Source of the DNA: Alphaproteobacteria bacterium
GTDB lineage: Bacteria; Pseudomonadota; Alphaproteobacteria; JAAXGF01
Direction of reading: 5' to 3'
DNA: 64,000 bases
NCBI GenBank assembly: GCA_963555825.3
Contig: CAUVXB020000001.1
Coordinates: 1,248,001 to 1,312,000, forward strand
Shown one piece after another: positions 21,534-32,299 of this stretch (position 1 is its first letter; the number at the start of each line of letters is the position of its first letter). The notes below the pieces were generated by a model. That model was given only the letters and a program-made list of their open reading frames with translations. It ran no database searches and was not told the origin of the DNA. Position numbers and translations under genes: made by a program.

Positions 21534-22112
21534 ATGACAATCGCGACTTCAATCCACCCTGCCGTGGATCAGGGTGTGAAACCCGGGGCGCAGGATTTCG
21601 CGGGCGGGACCCTTGTGTGCAAGTGCAATCAAGACGCCGTCCAAGTGGCGGTCAAGGGGCAATGCGCGCACAATCACGTCTGCGGCTGCTCGAAGTGCTG
21701 GAAGCCCGAGGGCACGGTGTTCTCGCAGATCGCGGTCGTGTCGCGGGAGAACGTCAGCGTGACCGCGAACGGGCATAAACTCGCGGCCGTGGATCCGTCC
21801 GCGGCGATCCAGCGACACGCCTGCAGGGACTGCGGCGTTCACATGTATGGCCGGATCGAGAACACGGGCCATCCCTTCCACGGGCTGGATTTCATTCATA
21901 CCGAGCTTTCAAGGGAAGAGGGTTGGGCGGGACCCGAGTTCGCCGCTTTCGTTTCCTCGGTCATCGAATCGGGAACCAGCCCCGATGCGATGGATGGCAT
22001 CAGGGGCAGGCTGAGAGAACTCGGCTTGGAGCCTTACGACTGCCTTTCGCCGCCCCTGATGGACGCGATCGCAACTCATACCGCCAAGGCGGCGGGCGTC
22101 TTGAGCGACTGA
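21534..22112 (+). CDS. gfa: S-(hydroxymethyl)glutathione synthase (glutathione-dependent formaldehyde-activating enzyme)
   Basis: [32 protein letters not shown]; RBS GGAGG. Confidence 0.93.
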   Translation: MTIATSIHPAVDQGVKPGAQDFAGGTLVCKCNQDAVQVAVKGQCAHNHVCGCSKCWKPEGTVFSQIAVVSRENVSVTANGHKLAAVDPSAAIQRHACRDCGVHMYGRIENTGHPFHGLDFIHTELSREEGWAGPEFAAFVSSVIESGTSPDAMDGIRGRLRELGLEPYDCLSPPLMDAIATHTAKAAGVLSD

Positions 22113-22662
22113 CCGTCCGATCGCCGAACCTATGGTTCGTTGCCCCCGCAAGCAGGCGGATCACGGACCAAGTCGCGGGGTTGTCGGTAAGGCATTTCGA
22201 GCCGACGGTCGTTCGGGGCGGACTACTCCTTCGAGCGGCATTGTCACGTTAACAGCGTGGCTTCGGCACGGCCGGTGCTTTAGCGTCTCTGGATGTGCAA
22301 GATATCCTACCGTCGTCACCGCTTTCCACCGGTCATCATCCAGCATGCCGTCTGGCTCTATTGCCGTTTCACGCTGAGCTATCGGGACGTTGAGGACCTG
22401 CTTGCCGAGCGTGGTCTCGACATCTCGTATGAGACAGTTCGAAGATGGGTCTTGAAATTCGGTCGGGCCTATGCGCGGCGGATTCAACGTCGGCGGCCAC
22501 GACCGACCGAACGCTGGCACCTGGACGAGATGGTCGTCGTAATTCGAGGGAGGCAGTTCTATCTCTGGCGTGCCGTGGACAGTGAGGGCGAAGTCCTGGA
22601 TTTCCTGGTTCAATCCCGCAGGAACGCTCGGGCGGCAATTCGGCTGATGCGGAAACTCTTGA

Positions 22663-22940
22663 CTCGAATTCCTCGAGCAGACTGCCGTCCGTGAGACCGA
22701 CGGCAACAGAGTGGCACTGCGAGCCGACATCGACACTGACACGCAGTTGCAAAGCTTGGGGGTTCAGCATGGATCGCTCCTTCAGCAAACAAGACCCTCG
22801 GATCATCCTTCGGTCTCGTCTACCTGCAGAGCCACGATCGCCAGCGATCGGCACCATCCCGGTCGACCCGTCGGATGATGCAGGTGACGGGGGCGGCAAT
22901 TCAAACTTGAGTGAGCCCGGCAAGCCGGACCACTGACCCA
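22663..22940 (-). pseudogene. IS110 recombinase N-terminal fragment (ATG 22770) with upstream non-coding end
   Basis: LRVSVDVGSQCHSVAVG resembles the first DEDD motif; GGAG RBS. Confidence 0.65.
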
Positions 22941-23375
22941 AACAGCCACACCCCCGTCGGCGTCAGGCTAACCGCCGTTCACCGCACAAGCCACCTGCGA
23001 TTCCAGGAAAATCACTGCCGCCGCACTGGATATGTGGATAACTCGCCGCCGCGAGTTCTCGCACATCCCCACTGCGCAACAACAGCCTATTCCTCACGAA
23101 ATTCGATGGTAGACCCACAGCCGCCATTCCCGCACATCGTCTCATCCGTCTTGAGCTCGAAGGGTATGTCACTTAGACCGACATTCCCCATATACCATCC
23201 AAATTCGTGGAAATCGTACCACTTTCCCACCGCCAAGGGAACTGTATCCCCTATGCAGCCATCCGATGGCATGATTTTGGTAATCGGCCCGCGCTTGGAA
23301 GGCCACTCGGTCATTTTTCTCGCCATCCAGACACACCTCTCCTGTCGCTTTCTCCTCGCCGTCGATTCCCTCGGC

Positions 23376-24725
23376 CTACGCCGGAGCGGGTCTTCGTCGC
23401 AGATCATCAATCAAGCTCAGGATTTTCCGGAACAGGTCCCTCGGCACCGCCACCTCAGCCAATTGGAACGTAACGTAGCGGCCATGTCGGACAACCTTGG
23501 CCCCGATCTTCACCAGCTTGTCGCGCAACGTCGTCATCGACCAGTGCTCCACCTCCTTCGGCAAAGCCAGTGTCCTCATGAAGTTGCCCAGATTGTAGGC
23601 CAGGGCGTGAAGCTGGAGCCGAACGGCATTGTTGCGGAACTTGCGACATGACAGACGGGTCCAGTTGATGGCGTTCTTGCCTTCCTTGATGTGCTGCTCC
23701 GCCGTGCCACGGTGATTATAGAACGCCACCACCCGCTTGGTAGGGCGCGACAGATTAGTGACGATGAAACCGACGCGAGGAACCAGCTCGCCGGGGTGCC
23801 ACTCCACTTTGGCCACGACACGGCGCTTCTTGTTCCACGATCCGGCCTGATAGCTGAAGCTGGCGTGGAAACGGCGAACATGGTCGGGCGGGCGACCGAC
23901 AGGTCGCGTAAGCAGATGGGCAATGTTCCGCTGGAGAATCGCGTTCGCTTTGAGGCGGATGACGTAGAGTAATCCCTCGGCTTCGAGATATTCGTATATC
24001 TCCGGTGAGGCGAAGGCGGCATCGCCACGAAAATACAGCCGCACCTTCCTTTCCTTATAGCGCATCACCACCGGCTCCAGAACATTCCGCCATCCGTCGG
24101 CACTGTGAACATTACCGGGGCGCAGGGAACATCTCTCCAAGTCGCCGAACTGGTTGAACAGGAATAGCGGATGCTAGCAGGTACAGCCGAAGTGACCATT
24201 GTACGCTGTTCCCTCTTGTTCGCCATGGGTCGGGCTGACGCTGCTGTCCATGTCGAGAATGATCATCTTCGGCGGATGGCGGTCATGAACCTTGTCGATC
24301 CACACCCCGTTCATGTCGACCAAGGCTTCAACGTTCTCGTCGGTGGCCAATAGCTCCGTCTCGAAGCGTCCCATCTGGCTGGTGGAAGCGGCCTGTCTTT
24401 CGATGGCCTTGCCGCCAACAATCCAGCGCATGGCGGGATCGCGTCCCAGACGGTCGGCGTCGTTCACATCGTCATAGCCGCCAAGGCGCCCGAAAACGGA
24501 CTGGCGAAACTGACCCGTCATGCCGTGCCATCCGTTCTTGCCGGTACGGCTATCCTGGAAAACACCCTCGGCCATCTCAGTCAGGCCGAGGGCATCGTCA
24601 AGCTCCCGGTAGGCGAGCAACCCGGCATCAGAGGTGATCTTGGAACCGTGGAATTCAAGCTTCAATCGACGGTCAAAAACGACCCGAAGGCACCCCGGTT
24701 TCGATTCACCCATCGGGTGTGCCAT
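23376..24725 (-). pseudogene. IS1380 transposase with in-frame TAG at 24174-24176
   Basis: TSDAGLL, LDMDSS, FRGDAAF, AEQHIKEGK; paralogue of 60584-61960. Confidence 0.92.
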
Positions 24726-25204
24726 ATCCGCCGCTCCATGTATGCTACAACTTCATGATTCTTATAGCAGAATCGCCTTCTCGCCGCACTGAATATCGAC
24801 GATACTTGGGAAATGCGGGCTTGAAGAAGCAGGGCTTCGCGCCGGCGACGATTGTAACCGATAAACTCCGCTCCTACGGCACCGCGATCCGTTTGCTTGC
24901 CCTCTCGGCTCAGCATGAGCAAGGCCTGCGAAAGAACAATCGGGCAGAAAATTCACATCAGCCGGTGCGACGACGAGAGCGAAAGATGCAGCGGTTCAAA
25001 TCGCCCGCGTCCGCGCAGCGGTTCCTCGCCGTCCATGCGACCGTCTACAACCTCTTCAACGTCCAACGCCATCTGGTCTCCCGCCGAACACTCCGCCAAT
25101 TCCGCGGCGACGCGATGAGACAGTGGCGGCAAGTGACGACCGTTGCATAATCTCCGGCGTCGGCGCCCACAAGCTGGCCAAATGGCGGTTAACGTGACAA
25201 CGCC

Positions 25205-25409
25205 GAGCAGACCAGCGTCTGACGTGATCCGCGAACCGTGGAACTCGAACTTCAGTCTTCGGTCGAAAAACGCCCGCAGAAGCCCCCGATCCGACTCACC
25301 CTCCAGGTTCCGCATTCGACCCACCCTCCGTCTGATCTAATCCACTGATTCTTATACAGGAATCAGACGAAAACCGCATCAGATGGATCGGTCACTTGGG
25401 GAATGCGGG
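25205..25409 (-). mobile_element. IS1380 left end and first codons, truncated by IS6
   Basis: Nearly identical to 61841-62045. Confidence 0.9.
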
Positions 25410-26071
25410 TATACATTGTTTTGCGCAGCCGATTTTCTGAACCAGAGCAATGCAGCCCGCGGGTCTTTCTCTCCGAACCAGCCATTCTTGAATGCGTTGC
25501 CAAGAAGAAACTGCGCATCTGAGTCTTGTGCTTCCACCGCCCTATTCAGCCAATACCGCGCCAATTTGAAATTCTGAGCAGTTACGTTTTTCTTGCCAAT
25601 TATCTCGTTAAGGTAAAACAACACTAAAGCCGTCATTGCCGGGACGTGATTATCTTCTGCCGCAGACAAGTATAATTTTCCCGGTGACAATTCGGGTCTA
25701 CTTACCTGCTCCTTTTCCAGCATTTCCGCGAGTTCGAACTCGGCTGCCGGGTAGCCGTCTTGCACTGCGCTCTCAAGGAGATCTGCGGCTTGTTCGAACA
25801 AGTCTTGCGCTCGATACACTCGGCCTAGCTGAAATTTGATCCGTGGATTTGTGGGTTCGTCTTCGACCGCCTCCTCACAGACTGCTCGTGCCTTCGCTAC
25901 GTCTAGCCTCAAGGTGTGCACCCCTTCGGCAGTTCTGTACGAATCGTCTGGGTGTGCCGCAAGTTGATCACATTTGGCAATTCTGTCAGCGTCGGCAGCG
26001 AAAGCTTGTTGCCCAAAGAGCAAAACAAACACGCCCAGAACCGATATGCCGAAAATTTGCAACTGTTTCAT
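25410..26071 (-). pseudogene. Secreted Sel1/TPR-repeat protein, C-terminus cut by IS1380
   Basis: Signal peptide, CDQLAAHP, AQFLLG...WFRKSAAQ Sel1 repeats; IS1380 IRL adjoins. Confidence 0.8.
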
Positions 26072-26123
26072 CTGACTGAACTCCAGAAACACAATGCGTT
26101 GCACAAACATGGGCGCATAGAGA

Positions 26124-26633
26124 TCAATTTTCAGATGATTCAAAATAAAAATTAACTTTATTGTCTCTCGCAAAAATCGTTTTTCGAACAAATACTTCAT
26201 CCGAGCTCAGCCAGCAAGGTCCCGCCATTTCATGGGAAGACCAGCCTGTCGTCGTCACCCGAATTTTCCTTACCTCTACAAGGCCCGCTTCATCGAAGAA
26301 CATTAGTCCCCACTGACCTTCTTCCGGACACACGCTATCCAGCCCGAAACTCCACCACTTGATAGAGGAAATAGAGGTTGCACTGATCCTTTCGAGATCA
26401 TCTCTCATCATGTACGGCGACAAAATGCAAACCTTTTGCCAACCAAATTCTGTCACATCATCCAACTTCACCCGTCTGGAGGCCCCTTCGAATTTTTCTA
26501 TCTTCTTAGCCAGTTCTTGGGCAAAGAGCGCGTCGCGCTCCCGCTGTTCCCGATCGATAAGATATTCAGCTACCGAAGCAAGTATGATAGCAATACCCAT
26601 CGCAATCGCGACCCGCACAGCAATCTTCTTCAC
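26124..26633 (-). CDS. Hypothetical membrane-anchored protein
   Basis: N-terminal TM helix, GGAG RBS, lower GC. Confidence 0.65.
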   Translation of the reverse strand: MKKIAVRVAIAMGIAIILASVAEYLIDREQRERDALFAQELAKKIEKFEGASRRVKLDDVTEFGWQKVCILSPYMMRDDLERISATSISSIKWWSFGLDSVCPEEGQWGLMFFDEAGLVEVRKIRVTTTGWSSHEMAGPCWLSSDEVFVRKTIFARDNKVNFYFESSEN

Positions 26634-26828
26634 AACATCACTCCGTTTCGAAGGTCGTTGCCGTCCTGCGCCGCCAACGACGCGAAGCGCGACCGGACTG
26701 ACCAGCGTCCACGACCGGACCTCAGAGCTGCAGGGTGAAACGCGTTCGCACTGTTCAGAAATCGCCTATACATCACCGCTCATTATAGCGGATAGGACGA
26801 AACGACGGCCTATTCTACGCCTTAAGCG

Positions 26829-27494
26829 CTAGCCACGCCGGAAGACGAGCGAGAAGTTGTCGCGGGGCATGTCGATGGTGCGCTCCAGGGTGAGGCCGTT
26901 GGCCTTGGCGCAAGTCTCGACGTCGGCGATGTCGCGGATGCCCCAGGTGGGGTCGCGATGGCGCAGGGATGCGTCGAAGTCGGCGTTGCTTTGGGCGGTG
27001 TGGTGGCCGTCGCGCTTGTAGGGGCCGTAGAGGTAGAGGATGCCGCCGGGCGCGAGCAGGCGGCCGGCGCCGGCCATCAGGCCCTCGGTGACCGCCCAGG
27101 GGGCGATGTGCAGGACGTTGATGCAGACGATCGCGTCGCGCGGGCCGTCGAGGGCGGCCGGCCAGTCGGGTGTGGTGACGTCCACCGCGATTGGATCGGC
27201 GAGGTTGTCGAGGCCGGTCTCGGCAACCCAGGCGGCGGTGCTGGCGCGCGATTCGGCGAAGGGGTCGCTCGGCTGCCATTGGAGGCCCGGGAACGTGCGG
27301 GCGAAGGCGGCGATGTGCTGGCCGGTGCCCGAGCCGATCTCGAGCGCGCGGCCGGTCGCCGGCAGCACGTCGCGCAGGACATCGAGGATCGGCGCCTCGT
27401 TGCGCGACGCGGACGGCGCGTGGCGGCGCGCGTCGCCGGCCTCGGCGACCGGCGTGCGCCGGCCCCAGGGCGACGGCGCGCTAGGTTTGGGCAT
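26829..27494 (-). CDS. DUF938-family SAM-dependent methyltransferase
   Basis: APSASRN, LEIGSGTGQH, WQPSD, LYGPY, SNADFDASLR. Confidence 0.88.
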   Translation of the reverse strand: MPKPSAPSPWGRRTPVAEAGDARRHAPSASRNEAPILDVLRDVLPATGRALEIGSGTGQHIAAFARTFPGLQWQPSDPFAESRASTAAWVAETGLDNLADPIAVDVTTPDWPAALDGPRDAIVCINVLHIAPWAVTEGLMAGAGRLLAPGGILYLYGPYKRDGHHTAQSNADFDASLRHRDPTWGIRDIADVETCAKANGLTLERTIDMPRDNFSLVFRRG

Positions 27495-28974
27495 CGGCGT
27501 CGAGCGGGAAGATCGGCCGCCGCACGTTGCGGAAATCGAGCTGGCCGTAGTCCGAGGTGCAGACGCCGACACCGGCGCAATCGACCACGGCGCGGGCGAT
27601 CGGCTTGAAACCGGCGCGCCAGTGCACGCGGCTCTTGAGCATGATGTAGCGCTTGGTCAGTGGGTCGATGCCGAGGCTCTCCAGGCAGGCCAGATCGTTG
27701 GGCTCCTGGTGGCGCGAGATAACAACGATCTCGACGCGGCCGGTATCGAGGACGGCGGTCGGCCCCATGTCCATCAAGACGCCGGCCGACATCGGCCCCT
27801 TGTTGCGGTACTGGCCGTTCGACAGGCGCCTGACCGTGCCGCTGATCGCGAGCGGCGGGCTCGGCGCCGCGACCGTCGGCATGGCGATCTTGCCGCCGAG
27901 CGACAGCGTGACGCTGGCCCCCTCGCCCGCCGCGATCATCTGCTGCACGGCGTCGGGGTCGTGGATCGCGAAGGCGGCGACGTTCTCAAGCCCGGCGTCG
28001 AGGATGGCGGCGAGCACAACGGTGGTGTCCATGGTGCCGACCGAGGCGGCGTTGTCGAAGTGGTCCAAGAGGATCACCGGGCCGTCGGTGATCTGGGCCG
28101 CGCGGTCGAGCGAGTCGGCGAGCGGCTCGAGCTGGTAGACGAACGCTTCGCGGTGGGCCCACGCCTGGTCCAAGAGCTCGGCGCAGAGGCGATCGGCGAG
28201 CGCCTGGTCGTCGTCGGTGACGACCACCGCGCTCGATCCGGCGTTGGCGATATCGGCGTGCGGGAAGCCGGTGAAGAAGCTGGCGCAAAGGGCGCCCTGC
28301 GCCTCCATTTCCTTGGCGCGGGCCTGCAGGCTCCGGTTGGGCTCGTCGTCGCTGCCCTGGCGCATGACATGGGGCAGCATCGGGCGGTTGCCCCAGGCCA
28401 TGGTTGGGTTCGCCGCGCCCTTGAGCGCGGCGAGCACGGCGCGCCCGGCGCGCTGGCCGGTCTCGTAGACGTCGATATGCGGGTAGGTCTGGTAGCCGGC
28501 GACGGCGGTCGCGTTCTCGATGATCGCTGGATACATGTTGGTGTGCATGTCGAGCGCGACGGCAATCGGCGTTTCGGGCGCGATGCCACGCAGGCGGGCA
28601 AGCAGCGCGCCCTCGCCATCTTCCAGGCTCTCGGTCACCATGGCGCCGTGCAGATCCAAGAGAATCGCATCGAGACCCTTGCCGAGCTCCGCCGCGACAC
28701 AATCGCAGATGCAATCCGTGATGTGCGCGTGGGCCGGGTCCTCGACCGGCCCGCTCGGCCAGCAGTGCGCGGCGATCGGCACGACGTACTCGGCGCCCTC
28801 GGCCTCGGCGAGATCGATGTAGGCGGCCATCGCGCTGCCCGTGCCGCGAAACGCCGCGACCGCCTCGTCGCCATAGAGCGGCGCGGTGCCGCCCCTGGCG
28901 AAGCGCGCGAGCGGTGTCGGCACCGGCGAGAAGGTGTTCGTCTCGTGCTTCATCATGGCGATGACCAAACGCAT
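27481..28974 (-). CDS. M81-family metallopeptidase (MlrC-like)
   Basis: HETNTFSP, LHGAM, LDMHTN, YPHID, KSRVHWRAGF. Confidence 0.92.
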   Translation of the reverse strand: MRLVIAMMKHETNTFSPVPTPLARFARGGTAPLYGDEAVAAFRGTGSAMAAYIDLAEAEGAEYVVPIAAHCWPSGPVEDPAHAHITDCICDCVAAELGKGLDAILLDLHGAMVTESLEDGEGALLARLRGIAPETPIAVALDMHTNMYPAIIENATAVAGYQTYPHIDVYETGQRAGRAVLAALKGAANPTMAWGNRPMLPHVMRQGSDDEPNRSLQARAKEMEAQGALCASFFTGFPHADIANAGSSAVVVTDDDQALADRLCAELLDQAWAHREAFVYQLEPLADSLDRAAQITDGPVILLDHFDNAASVGTMDTTVVLAAILDAGLENVAAFAIHDPDAVQQMIAAGEGASVTLSLGGKIAMPTVAAPSPPLAISGTVRRLSNGQYRNKGPMSAGVLMDMGPTAVLDTGRVEIVVISRHQEPNDLACLESLGIDPLTKRYIMLKSRVHWRAGFKPIARAVVDCAGVGVCTSDYGQLDFRNVRRPIFPLDADAQT

Positions 28975-29009
28975 GGAGTTTGTCCTTCCCTGTTTAGGTG
29001 TCGGTCAAC

Positions 29010-29128
29010 GCATAATCCGATCGATCGAATTATGCCAGCGCGCGACCGCGCGCCGCCGACCGTTCGGCGAAGAGCAAACGCGGCGATTGAGCGCAGGTCA
29101 GCTCCACGAAGTGGAGGTGACCGCACAA
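29010..29128. repeat. Structured dispersed repeat, copy A
   Basis: Homologous to 33802-33929 and 36445-36566; four hairpins. Confidence 0.85.
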
Positions 29129-30051
29129 GGAGTCAACCGCGCGCGGGCGGCGGCGATGTGGTCGGGCCCGATGCCGCAGCAACCGCCGATGACGGTGGCG
29201 CCCTTGGCGGCCCAGCGCGCCGCGGCGGCGGCGAACTCGTGTGCCGTCGAGACCTCATCGAAGTCCCAGTTGGGCGGCCTGAAGGACCCCGAATTGGGAT
29301 AGACGCCGATCGGTCCCGGCCAGGCGGCGGCGAGGACGTCGAGCGCGCGGTCGGTGACGTCGAAGCGGCTGTGCATCACGGTCATGACCGTCTCGACGGT
29401 GGATGGCAGCTCGGGGATCAGATCGGCGAGCACGTCGCCGAAGCGGCGGTATTCGGAAATGTTCATCTTGCCGACCCCGGCCAGCACGGTCTCGCCGTCG
29501 TCGGCGAGCGAGCAGCAGAAGCCGACCGAGAACGGCGCGCCGGTCGCCGCCGTCGCGCCGATCGCCGCCAGGCTGATCTCGACGTCGTAGAGCATCTCGA
29601 GGCAGTACAGGTCGCAGCCCGCGTCGCGCAGCACGCCGGCCTGTTCGTCGAAGTTGGCGCGCAGCGTGGCGCCGGCCGGCAGCGGCACGCGATAATGGGC
29701 GTCGACGAAGGTCGAGAGCGAACCGGCGATCCACGCCGGCCGGTCGGATTGCGCGATCGCCTCGCGGCAGAGCGCGACCGCGTGGCGGTTGAAGTCGGCG
29801 ACCCGGTCGCCGAACCCGACCAGTTCGAGCGTGTGGCGCGCCAGCGCGAAGCTGTTGACGATGTGGATCTCGGCGCCGGCGCGGACGTAGTCCTGGTGGA
29901 TCGTACGGACGACGTCGCCGTGCTTGGCCATCGCCGCGCCGCACCAGGCGTCGTCGTCCATCGCGACGCCGCGCCGCTCCAATTCGGTGCCCATGGCGCC
30001 GTCCATCAGGGTGATGTCCCCCGTGGCGAGACGGGCGCCGAGGTCAGTCAC
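29098..30051 (-). CDS. Homocysteine S-methyltransferase family protein
   Basis: DGAMGTEL, GVYPN and IGGCCGIGPDHI motifs. Confidence 0.9.
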   Translation of the reverse strand: MTDLGARLATGDITLMDGAMGTELERRGVAMDDDAWCGAAMAKHGDVVRTIHQDYVRAGAEIHIVNSFALARHTLELVGFGDRVADFNRHAVALCREAIAQSDRPAWIAGSLSTFVDAHYRVPLPAGATLRANFDEQAGVLRDAGCDLYCLEMLYDVEISLAAIGATAATGAPFSVGFCCSLADDGETVLAGVGKMNISEYRRFGDVLADLIPELPSTVETVMTVMHSRFDVTDRALDVLAAAWPGPIGVYPNSGSFRPPNWDFDEVSTAHEFAAAAARWAAKGATVIGGCCGIGPDHIAAARARLTPCAVTSTSWS

Positions 30052-30958
30052 GCGCGAGCGGCCGGGTCAGGCAGGTCGGCCCGCCACAGCCCTTGATCGA
30101 GATTTCGGCGCCCTTATAGGAAACCACCTGGCAGCCCGCCGCCTCGAGCCGGACGCGGGTCTGCGGGTTGCCCTCGATCACCAGGCATCGGCGGGGGCCG
30201 AGCGCCAGCACGTTGCAGCCCATCGACGGGTCGAACTCGGCGTCGGGCACCTCGACCAGGGCGATGCCGCGCGCGATCAGCCAGTCGCGGAACGGCACCG
30301 GCATGAGCGGCGAATAGACGGCGGCCAGGTCGTCGTCGAGCGGGCTGATGAACGACATCAGATGCAGGCATTCACGCGGGCCGCGGTGGTGCGGCAGCGG
30401 CACGACCTCGAAGTGGACGTCGGGTCCGAGCAGCGCCTTTAGCTGGCGGATGCCCTCGGCATTGGTGCGGTAGCCGTGGGCGACCGCGCAGGTGCCCTCG
30501 TCGAACCAAACGAAATCGCCGCCCTCGAGTGCGCCGTCGCTGGTGATCGCGCCGACCACCGGGATACCGGCGGCGGTGTAATAGTCGCCGACCACCGCCG
30601 GCTCGGGCGCGCGATGGGCGTTGGCCATGTTGCACAGGATGACGCCGCCGGGCGCGACGATGGCCGAATCGCGGGAATAGATCGCCGAGATGCCGTTGCG
30701 CGCGTCGGCCGGCATGAACTCGATCGGCACGCCGGCCGCCTCGATGGTGGCGATGAAGCGGTCGTATTCGGCGAGCGCCTCGGCGAAGTCCGGCGCAGCG
30801 ACGAACTCTTCACCCTGCCAGACCGCGTCGAGCCGCGCTTGGCTGCCATAGGCGTCGCGCGGGTGACGCAGCGCCATGCGCCGGATCGCACCGTATTCGT
30901 TGAGGCCGGCAACGCCGATCGCCTCGGCGGCCGGCGCCGCGCTCGGAACCGCGCCCAT
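30044..30958 (-). CDS. Amidinotransferase / dimethylarginine dimethylaminohydrolase-like protein
   Basis: YSRD, LEGGD, RTNAEG, HLM and GGPTCLT motifs. Confidence 0.88.
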   Translation of the reverse strand: MGAVPSAAPAAEAIGVAGLNEYGAIRRMALRHPRDAYGSQARLDAVWQGEEFVAAPDFAEALAEYDRFIATIEAAGVPIEFMPADARNGISAIYSRDSAIVAPGGVILCNMANAHRAPEPAVVGDYYTAAGIPVVGAITSDGALEGGDFVWFDEGTCAVAHGYRTNAEGIRQLKALLGPDVHFEVVPLPHHRGPRECLHLMSFISPLDDDLAAVYSPLMPVPFRDWLIARGIALVEVPDAEFDPSMGCNVLALGPRRCLVIEGNPQTRVRLEAAGCQVVSYKGAEISIKGCGGPTCLTRPLARD

Positions 30959-31044
30959 GCCCTACTCCCCATTCGTAAGGGAATTATATACGTGTTTACC
31001 CAAAAGCCGTGGCGTTGGACTGGTGAGGCTGCCATGATTGGGGA

Positions 31045-31272
31045 ATGCGGAAATACTTTCCTGTGTTCGCCTACGGTATCCTTGTTTTCTGCGTTGAGCG
31101 GTTGGCGGAAATGATGTTTCCAGACGCTCCACCATGGGTGTTTGTGTTAGGCGCCATAGCCTCGCTCTTAGCACTATTATCGCACCATTACGGAGTCCCT
31201 CACAGGTTTTGGAGATGGAAAAAAGTAGCGCGTCGAATTTCCGCCAATCACCGCTACCGTGAAGGTGCATAA
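31045..31272 (+). CDS. Small two-TM hypothetical passenger protein
   Basis: 75 aa with two hydrophobic segments, inside the left end of the element. Confidence 0.45.
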   Translation: MRKYFPVFAYGILVFCVERLAEMMFPDAPPWVFVLGAIASLLALLSHHYGVPHRFWRWKKVARRISANHRYREGA

Positions 31273-31363
31273 AAGAGCCGAGAAGATTGAGAAAAAACCC
31301 ACTTGTCTCTTGACGCTACGCCGATTGTTGGGTAAACTGTTGCCATAATAAGGAGGCAGGGTC

Positions 31364-32299
31364 ATGGCACGTAAAGCACCTGGGAAACACTACCGCGCGG
31401 GGCTCACTCTGATCGAGCTTACCCGGATGTTTCCCGATGACGCGGCAGCCGAGCGCTGGTTTGTCAAAACGCGCTGGCCTGAAGGTATCCACTGCCCGTG
31501 CTGTGGCTCACTGAACGTGCAGGAACGTGAGACGCGGAAGCCGCAACCCTACCGTTGCCGGGACTGCCGCAAGGACTTCTCGGCCAAGCTTGGGACGCTC
31601 ATGGAGGGGTCAAAGCTTGGGTTTCAGACATGGGCGATGGCGATTTACCTGATGATGACGGGAATCAAGGGTACATCCAGCATGAAGCTTCGCCGAGACT
31701 TGGGCATCACGCAAAAGACAGCGTGGCACTTAGCGCACCGGATTAGAGAAACATGGAGCGACCCAGACTCGCCTTTCGCGGGGCCGGTCGAGGTAGACGA
31801 AACCTTCATCGGCGGCAAGGAAAAGAACAAGCACGCTCACAAGAAGCTCAGGGCGGGTCGTGGCACCGTTGGAAAGGCTATCGTGATTGGCGCCAAGGAC
31901 CGCGAAACGAACCGCGTGAGTGCCGCTGTGGTTAATGGAACGGACGCCAAAACGCTTCAGGGTTTCGTCGGCGATCGCGCCGCCAAGGACGCAACTGTCT
32001 ATACGGACGATCACGGCGGATATCAGGGAATGCCGTTCGAGCATGAAACCGTAAAGCACAGCATCAGTGAGTTCGTGAACGGCATGGCTCACATCAACGG
32101 AATTGAGTCGTTCTGGTCAATGCTCAAGCGCGGCTACCACGGGACCTACCACCACATGAGCGAGAAGCACCTTGGCCGTTACGTTGGGGAATTCGCCGGG
32201 CGTCACAACAACCGCCCCGCTGACACCATCGACCAGATGCAGGCTACTGCGCAGGGGATGGTAGGGAAGCGGTTGCGCTATCAGGATTTGGTCGCATGA
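31364..32299 (+). CDS. IS1595-family transposase
   Basis: Zn ribbon CPCC...CRDC, VEVDETFIGG, VYTD, NGIESFWSMLKRG. Confidence 0.95.
   Translation: MARKAPGKHYRAGLTLIELTRMFPDDAAAERWFVKTRWPEGIHCPCCGSLNVQERETRKPQPYRCRDCRKDFSAKLGTLMEGSKLGFQTWAMAIYLMMTGIKGTSSMKLRRDLGITQKTAWHLAHRIRETWSDPDSPFAGPVEVDETFIGGKEKNKHAHKKLRAGRGTVGKAIVIGAKDRETNRVSAAVVNGTDAKTLQGFVGDRAAKDATVYTDDHGGYQGMPFEHETVKHSISEFVNGMAHINGIESFWSMLKRGYHGTYHHMSEKHLGRYVGEFAGRHNNRPADTIDQMQATAQGMVGKRLRYQDLVA

Larger units (their letters stand above)
22663..24819 (-). mobile_element. IS1380 transposition unit (IS 23178-24819 plus about 515 bp captured DNA)
   Basis: 5-bp duplication CTTGA at 22658-22662 and 24820-24824; IRL CCCGCATTTCCC, canonical IRR CCGACATTCCCC at 23178. 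Confidence 0.85.
22237..25204 (+). mobile_element. Second IS6-family IS, transposase (22293-22662 plus 24825-25150) split by an IS1380 unit
   Basis: IRs GGCATTGTCACGTTAA / TTAACGTGACAACGCC; halves rejoin as RKLL|KKQG. Confidence 0.92.

Noticed and set aside
27040-30096. 1018-aa plus-strand ORF
   Set aside because: Antisense shadow of the GC-rich minus-strand genes; no motifs
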